From: Octopus sinensis
Taxonomy: Eukaryota
Direction: 5' to 3'
Length of the DNA stretch: 64,000 nt
Assembly: GCF_006345805.1 (NCBI RefSeq)
Contig: NC_043013.1
Span: forward strand, 49,042,001 to 49,106,000
The notes beneath the pieces were generated by a model. It saw nothing but the letters and a program-made list of their open reading frames with translations, was not told where the DNA came from and did no database searches. Made by a program: the position numbers and the translations under genes. This document shows, in pieces, positions 40,552-52,546 of this stretch; position 1 is the stretch's first letter, and each line of letters begins with the position of its first letter.

Positions 40552-41384
40552 GTAAGTAGTTTAAATGAATGTGAAATTTTTCACTTTTAAAAAAGCACGA
40601 GAAACTACTATCGTCCCAATCTTTTATCAAATGAGCGAATTCACAGAATTTGGGCATCGTTTCAGATGACCTTCAGCCAAAATTAATTATATATTTTGTA
40701 TCTGAGACATATTTGATGTTCATAAATAAAAGAAAACAACTTATATATATATGAGCGTTTCATGCATGTCTTTTAAAGTTACAAATCGGTTTTATGCTGA
40801 ACAATAAGTTTATTTTAATTTCAGGTAGGTTCTACTGAGCGTTTGTATTCGAAGAATATTGTTGGAAAAGAACATTTGTAGGAAAAGAACAATATGAATA
40901 AGATCCTCCAAGCAATAAAAATGTCATTAGGAACTAAAACAATGATATTAGATTTTGGTATTAGACTTTGAATTTATATACGAGACTGACCCTTCTGAAA
41001 ATGTGTAATCTATTTGAAATGAAACTGGCAACAAATTTTAAAGAAACATGATTTGTTTCAATCCTAAAACTCTTTTTCGATGATTTAAGACTTTTTAAAA
41101 TTATTTTTGTAATATAGACCCAATATTGGTTTCAAATTGTGGCATAAAGGCCAGTAATTTCGTGAAAGTCGATTACATTAACTCCAGTATTCCACTGCTG
41201 TTTATTTTATCAACCTCGAAAGGATGGATGGGAGACAAAACCGACCTCGGCGGAATTTGATACAGAGCCAATACTGACTGGGAAAATATGAGGGATATTA
41301 TGCATGTACCAAAATTGGTTTCTTAGTCTGAAATTTTCCTAATGTTCTTTAGCACATCACCTGCTGCTTTTCTTTCGACAGACC

Positions 41385-41742
41385 CTCCTCTTCCTCTTCC
41401 TCCTCCTCCTCCTCCTCCACCCCCCTCTTCCTCCTCCTTTTTTCCTCCTTTTCTTCTCTTCCCCTCCCTTTCCTCCTCCTCCACCTCCACCTCCTCTTCC
41501 TCCTCCCGTTCCTCCTCCTTCGCTTCCTCTTCCTCCTCCACCTCATTCTCCACCTTCTCCTCCTCCTCCACATCGTCATCACCACCATCACAACCACCAT
41601 CATCATCATCACCACCATCACCACCACCACCACCACCACCACCATCACCACCACCACCACCATCACCACCACCACCACCACCATCATCACCACCACCATC
41701 ACCACCACCATCACCATCATCACCACCACCACCACCACCACC

Positions 41743-41794
<52 letters not shown>

Positions 41795-41812
41795 CCACCA
41801 CCACCACCCATA
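41385..41812. repeat. Compound (CCT)n/(CCA)n/(CAT)n trinucleotide tract
   Basis: Direct reading; explains the poly-P/S/G/E ORFs. Confidence 0.93.
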
Positions 41813-44800
41813 GTATTCGCCAAGCTGAAATTATGCTGAATACCACCACCTATTTGCCATTTTAGTCTTTCTCGTGCTGCCCTTGAACATTTATTAGATT
41901 TTCAAGCGTGTAAATTCTTGATTTTATCCATCCACGTAATTACTGATTTTCTTCTCTTTCCATTCATTTTCCCCTTATATTAGAAGTCATTGTAACTTTT
42001 TCTTTTTTATCTCCGAATGTTCAGTTCAAAGTAGTGTAAACTGTATCTTATATAATTTCCATGGTTTTTGTCATTCTGTGTATCTAATAACTAATTTGCC
42101 TTCTATCTATGACATTCGCAATAATCCTCTATAAGTCAACGGTTCAATGACTTGTAATCTATTTCTATGTCCTTGCTTTTGCTCTAGGTAATGAAGTGGA
42201 CAATACATAAACATTCCCGCAATATTTTTTTGTTTCATTATCATTGTTTCTTGATGCTAAGATATTTGACATTTTCAAATAGCTTTCTGACAACCTCAAA
42301 CCTTTCTTTAGATTGCTACCGTACATTTCCCGGTTTGGGATCGCAGGTATCCCACATATATTATACTTGGCATTTGCTCCATTCACTTTCTTTCAGTTGT
42401 AATATTTATTTCCTTATGAAAGTTTCTACACTGAAAGATTCCTTATGCATAGGTAAGGTTGATGACGTTCAGAACCTCTACAGACGATCCTGACATGTTT
42501 ACTATTTCTCCGAACGTTTCTGTGTATAGCTTAAATAGGCTAGAGATAGCACATAGCTTTGCCTGTTTTCATTTCTTAATTTCAAATTCTGAAGATCTTT
42601 ACCACAAATTCCGAGTTCTCTTTGCCTGTATCACCCAACCAAATGCCTTGTAAACTTCTTGATTTATGTTGAGAGAATTTTGAAATGGTTCTTTGTTTAA
42701 ATACGCCATCACTAATAATTGTTTTTAGTCTAAAACCACTTATCACGATGAAGAAGTACAAGAACTACATTATAAAGAACGGTTAATAGAAAACCGGAAC
42801 GCAATTCAATGCGTGTACAAACATCAATAAAGAAAATATTGTTTGAAAGGGAAAATGAAAATGGATGTCTTATGGAATAATATCAAAAGTGGAAGAAAGT
42901 TAGAAATACAAAAATAAAGATGAAGATAGTTGCAGTATGAATGTTCTGAATCCAGAACCCCCCCCCCCAAAAAAAAATAAATAAATAAAATAATAATAAT
43001 AATGGTTGGGTAATTAATGCTAGTTAGGTGAAAACCTTTATAAGCTGCATAAACCCAAAGAAATGTATGCTAAAATAAATGATGTCTGTGTTCAAAAGTC
43101 TGGCTGCATCCGGAAAAATATATATTATGAAACAAAAATAAACACAAAATTTATTGTTTTGGCTGTATTGTTCCACGAAGAGTTGCATTTTTTTTTATAA
43201 ATTCGCGCTGGTATATTGCGGTCTACTTGAAAGGCATTGCAAAGATCACTCACTGTTTCATTTGCGACCCCATCTTTAATTTGCTGATAGCGTAGTAGAA
43301 GTATTGCCAGTCTATCTCTCTCACGAATTTGTTCACCTCGCCTACGAGCCATCTAAAGTTAATAATGATTCTGCTAATTCCACGTGTAAACATGTGTTGA
43401 ATAGAACTCACTGAATAAATCTTAATTAACTGTGTTGTCAATTGTATGCACCTGACATGTGCTAACGCGTATGCAGCCAGACTTTTCACACAGAGAAAGA
43501 AAATTCCTCATGAAATTCAAATTTCTTTCAGTCTAAAAAATTGAGTTATCCATGAAATTACCATACTATCTTTTATTTGCAAAAATTATACCTTTCTAGA
43601 GTAAATTGTCTTAAATACCTATATGCCCATGTCTTCTTGTGAAAGAAAAGCTTATTGACGTTTATGATATCCACACATGTATAAAAGAAATGGAATCAGA
43701 CATAAAGATATAAACATATGCAGCTACAACCTATTAAACATCACTCTTCTCAAAATAAATTTCCGTACTAAATATGGCATCTCTATCATTCGTCTGTCCC
43801 TCCTAATTACTTTCATCTTTCAACTTGTATACTAAGTATATCTACATGTGAGTATAATTTTGCTTCCAAACTTCTCCACTGCACTTATATTTCTAAGTTA
43901 TTACACCCTTAATTGCTTGCATCGGATTATCTTTCCTGCTGTACCTAAATAACGTATCGTAATTTTGAAATATATTTTCATGTAAGAACCTTTCTTTCGA
44001 TATTGTCAGTGTGATCATTCAACTTGCGAGAAATAACAGCCAAATTTACCTCAATCAATACCCTATCGTCATACAAAGGAGACACATTGAATAATTCAGT
44101 CATAGATATACAAAAAACAAAATCTATCTGTACTTTACCCAGACAACAACAACAACAACTTTTCTCATACCAAGAACAAGAAGCGTTTGTAGCTTTAGTT
44201 ATTTGGGTTTCGATATATTGGTAAGACGATAGATTGCGAGCTGTTCCATAAATAAACCAAATCCAACGTTGTTTGGATAACACTTACTTTTCCAGAAGTA
44301 TATTACACTGTTCGTATTTTTTACCTAATTGCTTGTCAGTAATGTATAGTGATGTGCTACAAGAGAGTGTAGTTCTTTAAGGTTACGCATTAATGACAGA
44401 AGATACTAGCTTTGCGTGGGCGGTAGGAATAAGGCTATGCTTACTCTAGTCGAAGATTACTTTATCACGGGCTGAGCAGCAAACAAGAAAACAAGGAAAC
44501 TTATCTGTTTAAAGGGCTTATCGTCTGTGCATCTGAAATGCGCTTCTGATTTCTTTTATTATAAACTGGTAGGCTAATAATTTGTGTTGCGGGCGGTAAC
44601 AATATTCCGTTCATAGTACTTGCGTTGAAAAGCGCATTGAAGACGAAGTAATTCTCATATGTTCGTCTATTTTCTCGGGAACCATCTCAAACCTTTACTG
44701 CCACCTCTTCACTGATTCTGGCGGGATCTCGCTTTTATAAACCTTTTTCTTGCGAGAACAATTGAAGCATGATAGAATATTCTATAATATGGAGTGACAA

Positions 44801-45909
44801 TTCTGTAAGTTGATTGGTTAGCATTCAGAGCATGTCGACTGATCTAAGGAGTGATCTGAACTTAGATACTAAAGCTGTAAGATTTCGATTCTAACCTTCG
44901 CTACATATTCATATCGTTAAGTTTCAATGTTCATGTATATCTAACCTTTATTCTGGGACACAAATTAATAGGCTAATCAATATTCAGAAAATCATTCTTA
45001 GTAACATTTCCTTATTTGGGCTGAAGGAATAATTTTATCGTCTCCAAGAAGAATTCTAGTCGCTAACAAATCAAACGTGTTTTCATTCAAATGCACCCGT
45101 TGATAAAACTGGTGTATTTGATACTGTTTTGTAAAATTATCCAGAATGTCATGGAAATAAATTGGAATTTGGCAAAGCTAGAGTTGACTCTTTTCTGATC
45201 ATCCGTTATTGCTTACTACAGTTTAACGTTCCACCACATCACATTCAAAACTAAACGAAATTATCTCGAACTACTTCGTGCGCAACAGCGGCAAGGAAAA
45301 GAGAGATGAAGTAATGAATATCCATTAATGCAACCAAGAGAAAATCATACGGCTGATTAGCAACACGCTGCGGCCTTTAACCCACAGAATCTCTGTTTTA
45401 TTACTCTGCCTTTTTTACTGCTATTATAAAACTACTCTTCTTCACAACTAACTCTTTATATAGTGTCGCCAGCTAAATCTACCGGACTCTCTTATTTTTT
45501 CCTTTCCTTACACATAGTCCCCAGTAGCCTTTACATTAACTTCTTCGTCCAATCATTCACCAAAAAATATCATCCCCAAGGAAATCCATATCCGCCTACA
45601 TTTTCCTATCAGATTTCGACAGCTGAGGTTGAACATCAAACGCAAGAAAACCCTTATTCTCTTTCCGAATATACCTTCAATATAGGCGCGATGGAAACAT
45701 TATATTAAGTTAGAGGAGGAAATTCTGAAGAACAATGATAATATTGAGTGGTTGCATACTGTCAACATAACGTGACAGTCCCGTAAGGGAATTACACCAC
45801 CGCTGTTTAGCCCTAGGAAGCATCGACTCTTCCTGTCGTCTTTGACACATTTCCTGTGTCCTTATATTTACAAAGGGGAGACAAGCACCTCCACCAGCTA
45901 GGATTCACA

Positions 45910-45956
45910 CTTGAGGACATGCATGTTTCTGGGTCTTAACCTGTCATCAGCCCAGG
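45910..45956 (-). ncRNA. Type I hammerhead ribozyme motif with palindromic stem III
   Basis: Minus strand reads CCUGGG CUGAUGA CAGGU UAAG ACCCA GAAAC AUGCAU GUC^CUCAAG; core intact, two mismatches at the base of stem II. Confidence 0.7.
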
Positions 45957-46139
45957 ATAGTGTGACCTACTGGTTGAGATGCCTGTCTAGCCTTCGCAAA
46001 TGATAATATTGGTGTATGTATATCTCCAGACGCTGAAGGGATGTTAAACAGGTGTATATGAATATTTATTTGTTAATGGGATACATACATTCCCTTTAAA
46101 CACCTATTTCATTGTTTATAATATTTTTTTCTTTTAAAG

Positions 46140-46286
46140 GCTGACTCTATACCAGAAGCAGAACATCTCAAGCTGACAGATCTTCGATTCGATGACTTTT
46201 CATTGCGAACAGATGATATGGTCCAAGCTAGTGTACGAATTTTTATGGACCTCGGACTCGTCAGAATCTTTCGAATTGATTACGAG
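46140..46286 (+). CDS. PDE11A: PDE11-like exon D: ADSIPEAEHLKLTDLRFDDFSLRTDDMVQASVRIFMDLGLVRIFRIDYE
   Basis: cttttaaag|GCT...GAG|gtaagt; 147 nt, phase 0/0; start of the catalytic domain (FDDFSL, F.DLGLV..F.I.YE). Confidence 0.94.
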
Positions 46287-46445
46287 GTAAGTCAGTAATA
46301 GCTTCTTTATTTGGGCTAATAATAAAATTTAATTGAAGAATAAACGGAAAATATTTAGATCTGTTCTCCATGGACAATTTATTAATAAACTGACAGCAAT
46401 CATTAGAAAATAAAAAAAACAATCTTCAATTAGGTATACTATTAA

Positions 46446-46706
46446 ATTCTGTTGTGTCTGGGGAGAGTCATTTTCTTTTAGTGCCTTATAATTTAACACA
46501 CTCACCGGTAAAATTCCCACTTTTTTTTTCTCATTTTTATTTTCCTAAAATTTTCGTTGCGTCTTGCAAACTTTTTAATAGTTTTGACTCAAAACTTTTA
46601 AAAAGGTTGCAAGATGCAACGATAAGAAAAATGTGGAAATTTTACCGGTGAGTGTGTTAAACAATAAGGCACAAAAAGAAAATGACTCTCCCCAGACACA
46701 ACAGAA
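46446..46706. mobile_element. ~260-bp MITE with ~73-bp TIRs
   Basis: attctgttgtgtctgggagagtcattttc...ccggtaaaattcccac is mirrored by gtggaaattttaccgg...gactctcccagacacaacagaat. Confidence 0.85.
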
Positions 46707-48144
46707 TATGCCTCAACACACAAACTCACATAAAGAATCTTGCAAACCAAATACAAAAATGAAATATAATAGAAAAGAATTATTTTGAATTTAAAGTAAA
46801 TTTAATAAATTCCTTAGGCTGGAGAATTTCAGTTGTAAGTTTACTTTGCAAGAAGAAAGTCAATATGCAAAGCAATATTCTGGTTTACAGTTTCGCAGAT
46901 TTTCAATTCTTTAACATAATCCATAATCCTTACAATAATTACTACATTACATCCTTACTAATTCTGCGAACCAAACTAAGGCAGTTTGAGAGTATAGTCG
47001 ATTTAATCGACAACAGTTATTGAACTTGAACAGATACAAGGGAGATAAAAAATACTACTCTTGAAAAATTAACAAAATATTTACAAAAAATCAAAACATC
47101 TACAAAATAACTAATGGCGAAATTACTGACCGGAGGTATTTGTAGCACAGTGGATGCCTGAATTTACGATTTTAAAATCTTGCGTAACCCATAAGATATT
47201 AATGTGTTTTTGCAAGAGTATTTTCCCTTTATCCACTATGCTTTTAAACAGTTTTGCGGAGCAGTGAGGCATAAAACAATATCGAAGTATAAAGTTACTC
47301 TTAGTATTTAGAATTTGTTTTGTTCTTCAGATAATACGTTTTTTTGTTTTGTAACCTAAATCTCAAATGGCTTTTTGAATGATTGCGAAATACCATTACC
47401 TTCATTACTCGAACAAAAGCACAATGTAGAAAAGTATATATTGGTTTCAAATTTAGGCACAAAGCCGGTAGTATCGAGGCAGCGGTAAGTCGATGACATT
47501 GATCCCAGTGCTCAACTGGTACTTATTTTACCGTTAAAGATTTTTCCCGGTATGCTACTGAAAATAGGTGGGTAAAGAAAAGAATGCATGGACAACTTCA
47601 TAAATTTTGGCACAAGACCAACAATCTGAGAATAGGGTTTAGTCGATTACATCGACCCCAGCACTCATCTGGTACTTATTTTACCAGCCCCGAAAGGATG
47701 AAAAGCAAAGTTGACCTCGGCGGAATTTGAACTCAGCACGTATAGACAAACGAAATTCCGTTAAGCATTTTATCCGAGGTGTTAAGAAATGGTAAAAACA
47801 AATTTAAATTAGTCCATAAATATAAATAAGAGGCATGCATACTGCCTCATTCTTATCGCACCAGGTTATACAGGTTTTAACCTGTAAACTTTTTAAGGTA
47901 CCCCGAAACATTCTACTGCAGGTTATTATGGGGCTGAAGCATTGGAACAGCCAAGAAACCTGATGAGCTTCATGTGGTACTTCGAAAAGGGTTAAATTTA
48001 ACAACGCAATCATGGCTGTGCAAAATGAAGATCAAGCCTTCATTTAGAGTAGGGCTCATAGATGTGGGTTTACCTTGAGCTAATCAACAATAACAGCCAT
48101 ATAAAAGTGATGCTTGCAGCTGTGACTGCAGCTGAAAATCGAGA

Positions 48145-49040
48145 TGTAATTGCAGTAGTAACAACAGTAGTAATTGCAGTAGTAATTGCAGTAGTAATTG
48201 CAGTAGTAATTGCAGTAGTAAACGCAGTAATAACGGCAGTAGTAATGGCAGTAGTAAATGCAGTAGTAACGGCAGTAGTAATTGCAGTAGTAATTGCAGT
48301 AGTAATGGCAGTAGTAACGGCAGTAGTAATTGAAGTAGTAACGGCAGTAGTAATTGCAGTAGTAAATGCAGTAGTAATGGCAGTAGTAATTGAAGTAGTA
48401 ATTGCAGTAGTAACGGCAGTAGTAATTGCAGTAGTAATTGCATTGGTAATTGCAGTAGTAACGGCAGTAGTAATTGCAGTAGTAAATGCAGTAGTAATGG
48501 CAGTAGTAATTGAAGTAGTAATGGCAGTAGTAAATGCAGTAGTAACGGCAGTAGTAATTGAAGTAGTAACGGCAGTAGTAATTGCAGTAGTAAATGCAGT
48601 AGTAACGGCAGTAGTAATTGAAGTAGTAACGGCAGTGGTAATTGCAGTAGTAAATGCAGTAGTAACGGCAGTAGTAATTGAAGTAGTAACGGCAGTGGTA
48701 ATTGAAGTAGTAACGGCAGTGGTAATTGCAGTAGTAAATGCAGTAGTAATGGCAGTAGTAATTGAAGTAGTAACGGCAGTAGTAATTGCAGTAGTAACGG
48801 CAGTAGTAATTGCAGTAGTAAATGCAGTAGTAATGGCAGTAGTAATTGAAGTAGTAACGGCAGTGGTAATTGCAGTAGTAATTGCAGTAGTAATGGCAGT
48901 AGTAAATGCAGTAGTAACGGCAGTAGTAATTGCAGTAGTAACGGCAGTAGTAATTGCAGTAGTAAATGCAGTAGTAAATGCAGTAGTAACGGCAGTGGTA
49001 TTGTAAATGCAGCAGGAATCACAGCCGTAACGGTAGTAGT
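48145..49040. repeat. 12-bp minisatellite G(C/A)AGTAGTA(ATT/AAT/ACG/ATG), roughly 70 units
   Basis: Direct reading; lies in the intron between exons D and E. Confidence 0.95.
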
Positions 49041-49361
49041 AAATGTAGCAATGATTGCTGCCGCACCATTTGGACTCTATTAAATTCCATTTAATCTATA
49101 ATGGTACCTGACAGTGGTACATTACAATCAACGTTAAATAGTACTAGATTTCGATGGATTTTTATCCCCACTCCCTCCAACACACCTGGAGTAGGGATTA
49201 AAGATGGTGTGTATTATAACTAAATTGTAACGAAAATTTAACTAAATAACTGAACATCTTTCTGCAATATAGGATACTTCAATCATTCTAGGCTACTCTA
49301 ACCATTCATAGTATTTTCTATCAATTTTCTAATATATGTTTTAATGGTTTCTTCTCCACAG

Positions 49362-49469
49362 ACATTGTGCCGTTGGCTACTGACAATCAGAAAGAATTAC
49401 CGAAATGTTGCATATCACAACTGGAGACATGCCTTTAACGTGTGCCAGGTGATGTTTTCTATCGTAAAG
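49362..49469 (+). CDS. PDE11A: PDE11-like exon E: [36 protein letters not shown]
   Basis: ctccacag|ACA...AAG|gtaagt; 108 nt; contains the PDEase YHNxxH metal-binding motif. Confidence 0.96.
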
Positions 49470-49542
49470 GTAAGTGTTTGAAAATTTTTTAGGAGGACTA
49501 TCATTAATTACTAGTCTAAATATCTCATCCTTTCCATTGATA

Positions 49543-49583
<41 letters not shown>

Positions 49584-50214
49584 ATATGTACAAATATATA
49601 TATGTATATATATGTATATGTACGAATATATATATATATATGGGGGGGGTAGAGAGAGAGAGAGAGAGAGAGTGAGTGTGTGAATGAGAGAGGGAGAAGT
49701 TAAAAAACACGAGAGAATGTTATAAGATATTACGCCATCTTAAGAATATTTCATTAACATAAGACAATTCTTAGTTACGCAATGTTAGTTACATTGTCAA
49801 GAGATATTGTCAAATCATCAGAGACGTAATTTTCATATATAACAGCACTGGATTGTAGAAATGTTGACAGCTCCTCTCCTACCTTATGATAGATTAGTCG
49901 GTTAACATTTCTATTATACAATGATATTATGCATGAAAGTTACACGTCTCTGATGTTTTGACAATCACACATCATTACGTAATTTTCTCTATGTAACTAA
50001 TAATCATTTTGTGTTAATGAAACGCCCGTAAAATGGTGTAAGTAAATATCTTATAAACAAACCTTCGAGTTTTGTTTTATTGTCTACGTGTACTCTGTGG
50101 AACATTCCAAATGGTACAAATAAAATAGCATGGAAGGGATTGCACATGAATTTCTAAAGTCACACAATAAAGCATCTAAATTGCACTACATGAATATATA
50201 TATATATAATAATA

Positions 50215-50254
<40 letters not shown>

Positions 50255-50265
50255 TAATAATAATA

Positions 50266-50307
<42 letters not shown>

Positions 50308-50326
50308 TAATAATAATAATAATAAA

Positions 50327-51779
50327 CTTACAAATACTTAGGAATCCATGAACTAGATAAGACACAACACACACAAATGAAAGAGAAAATAAAAAAAGAA
50401 TATTATAGACGAGTTAGATCAATACTAAAAACAGAGCTCAATGCTAAAAAACAAGATAATAGGTTTCAACACTTTAGCTGTCCCAGTTATAAGTTACAGC
50501 TACAATATCCTTAACTGGACACGAACTGAACTGTCCAAAATAGATAGGAAAACAAGAAAAATACTGACAGGATCTAGGATGCATCACCCAAAATCTGACA
50601 TAGAAAGACTATATATACAACGTATAGAAGGTGGTAGAGGCCTTATACAGCTGGAAAACTACTATAAAATAACCACCATAGGACTGCAAAAATACCTACT
50701 TCAGAAGGAAGGAAAACTGATCCAGATAGCAGCAAAACACGAGCAAAACAAAAAACTGTTCTCAGTATTTAAGGAAGCTGACAAATACAAACAAGAAATC
50801 ATACCACCTAATAAACACAAAGAAGAAGAAGAAGATGATGAAGAAACAACAAAAGCTATAAATCAAATGAAACCCAAACTAAAAATAGAACAGCAACGAG
50901 CCATGATAAAACGATGGCAAGAAAAGCTCCTTCATGGTAAATACTGCACTAAACTAAACGCAAAAGAAATAGACAAAGAAAAATCCCAGCAATGTTTGAG
51001 AAGTTCAGGACTCAAAGCAGAAACAGAGGGATTTTTAATTGCAGCACAAGACCAAAGCCTCCCCACCAGAAATTACCAAAAACATGTAATGAAAAGAAAT
51101 ATTACAAGTAACTGCAGAATATGTGGAGATGGACAAGAAACAATAAATCATATTATCTCTAGCTGCCCAGTCCTGGCTAAGAAGGAATATATTCACAGAC
51201 ATGACAGAGTTGGAACCTACATACATTGGAAGCTATGCCAACATTATGGAATAACTACAGAAAAAAGATGGTATAGGCACACACCAGAAAAGATCACAGA
51301 AAACGAGAAAGCAACCATACTCTGGGATATGCCGATACACACAGATAGAGAAATTAAGGCCAACAGACCAGATATAGTTGTCAGAGATCATGAAGAAAAA
51401 AAATGCTTTCTAATTGATGTATCAATACCGGCTGATGACAATGTGTCTCTAAAAGAAATGGAGAAACTCTCAAAATACAAAGACCTGGAAATAGAGGTAA
51501 CTAGAATGTGGAACCTGAAAACAGAAACAATTCCTATCATAGTAGGTGCATTAGGCATGATAAAAAAATATTCAGACAAATACATAACAAAAACACCAGG
51601 ACTTACAAACACATATAACATACAGAAAATTGCACTACTAGGCACTGCACACATCCTACGCAGAACACTTTCCATACAATAACCATCAGAGCATCACAAC
51701 AAATCACAGCACATACCCAAGGTACACAGAGCTGCGCTCGTTAGTGAAGTGAAAGCACGCTATAAAAATAAAACTACTG
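50327..51779 (+). mobile_element. Young 5'-truncated Dong/R4-like RLE LINE in (AAT)n
   Basis: Starts near YKYLG (end of RT). One +1 frameshift in an A run near 50447-50452. ORF 50441-51682 has CRICGDGQETINHIISSC (C-x2-C-x8-H-x4-C), RHD, RPDIV..IDVSIP and KLSKY; AAT arrays on both sides. Confidence 0.92.
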
Positions 51780-51859
51780 AATAATAATAATAATAATAAT
51801 AACAATAATAATGATAGTAATAATAATAACAATAATAATAATAATAACGATGATAATAT

Positions 51860-51891
<32 letters not shown>

Positions 51892-51892
51892 T

Positions 51893-51961
<69 letters not shown>

Positions 51962-51965
<4 letters not shown>

Positions 51966-52515
51966 GCCCTGATGCAGTACCAGGCAGTGGCTCTCATGGC
52001 TTCTGATCTTAACTGATTGGAAGTGTTATTATGTACATTGTTTTGTCTTGGTATAAAAGATAGGCTACAGCAAATCTCTGCCCAATACCACAGATTTGCT
52101 TGTCAGTTGTTTGACCTTAACCAGTTGAGCATGTCCCTTAGTGGTTGACAATATGTGTATTTCTGATCATGAGCAGAAGTAGTGGGGACCATCATAGCCA
52201 TGTGTTGAGAGGGATTTTTTGGGGTTTGAATAATTCACCTCTGGAAACATGGGTGTTTTGTTCAACATCCTTAAACAACCCTAATTCAGGGACCTTTTGA
52301 GCAGAATGGGTTACTCGACCAGAAGAAAATTCTAACTGGGCCCCACCTGCAAGGTCATGTGCTGTTTATCTTGATATGAAATCATGTCGCGCGCATATGG
52401 TTGTGATGCATGTTCCTGGTGTACCCTTATCAGACGGGTAGTCATGATGTGTTTACTGGGCTTCGTATATTTTACCCCAGTGTCACTTTGATGGCTTGCG
52501 CTGCTCTCTCACTCA
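51962..52515. mobile_element. (AAT)n-flanked ~550-bp non-coding element, full copy
   Basis: aaatgccctgatgcagtaccagg...ctgctctctcactc between two AAT arrays; deleted sibling at 11778. Confidence 0.85.
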
Positions 52516-52546
52516 ATAATAATAATAATATAATAATAATAATAAT

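Noticed and set aside
43125-43352. ORF resembling a Tc1/mariner N-terminal HTH
   Set aside because: Similarity too weak, and no TIR or catalytic region found.
47955-47995. CTGATGAG...CGAAA hammerhead candidate
   Set aside because: No stem II pairing and no cleavage triplet with a matching stem I.
49449-49454. Internal CAG|GTGATG alternative donor in exon E
   Set aside because: Weaker than the GTAAGT donor and would delete a conserved helix segment; no evidence of use.
50441-51682. 413-aa ORF as a cellular gene
   Set aside because: It is the CCHC plus restriction-like endonuclease end of a 5'-truncated non-LTR retrotransposon.
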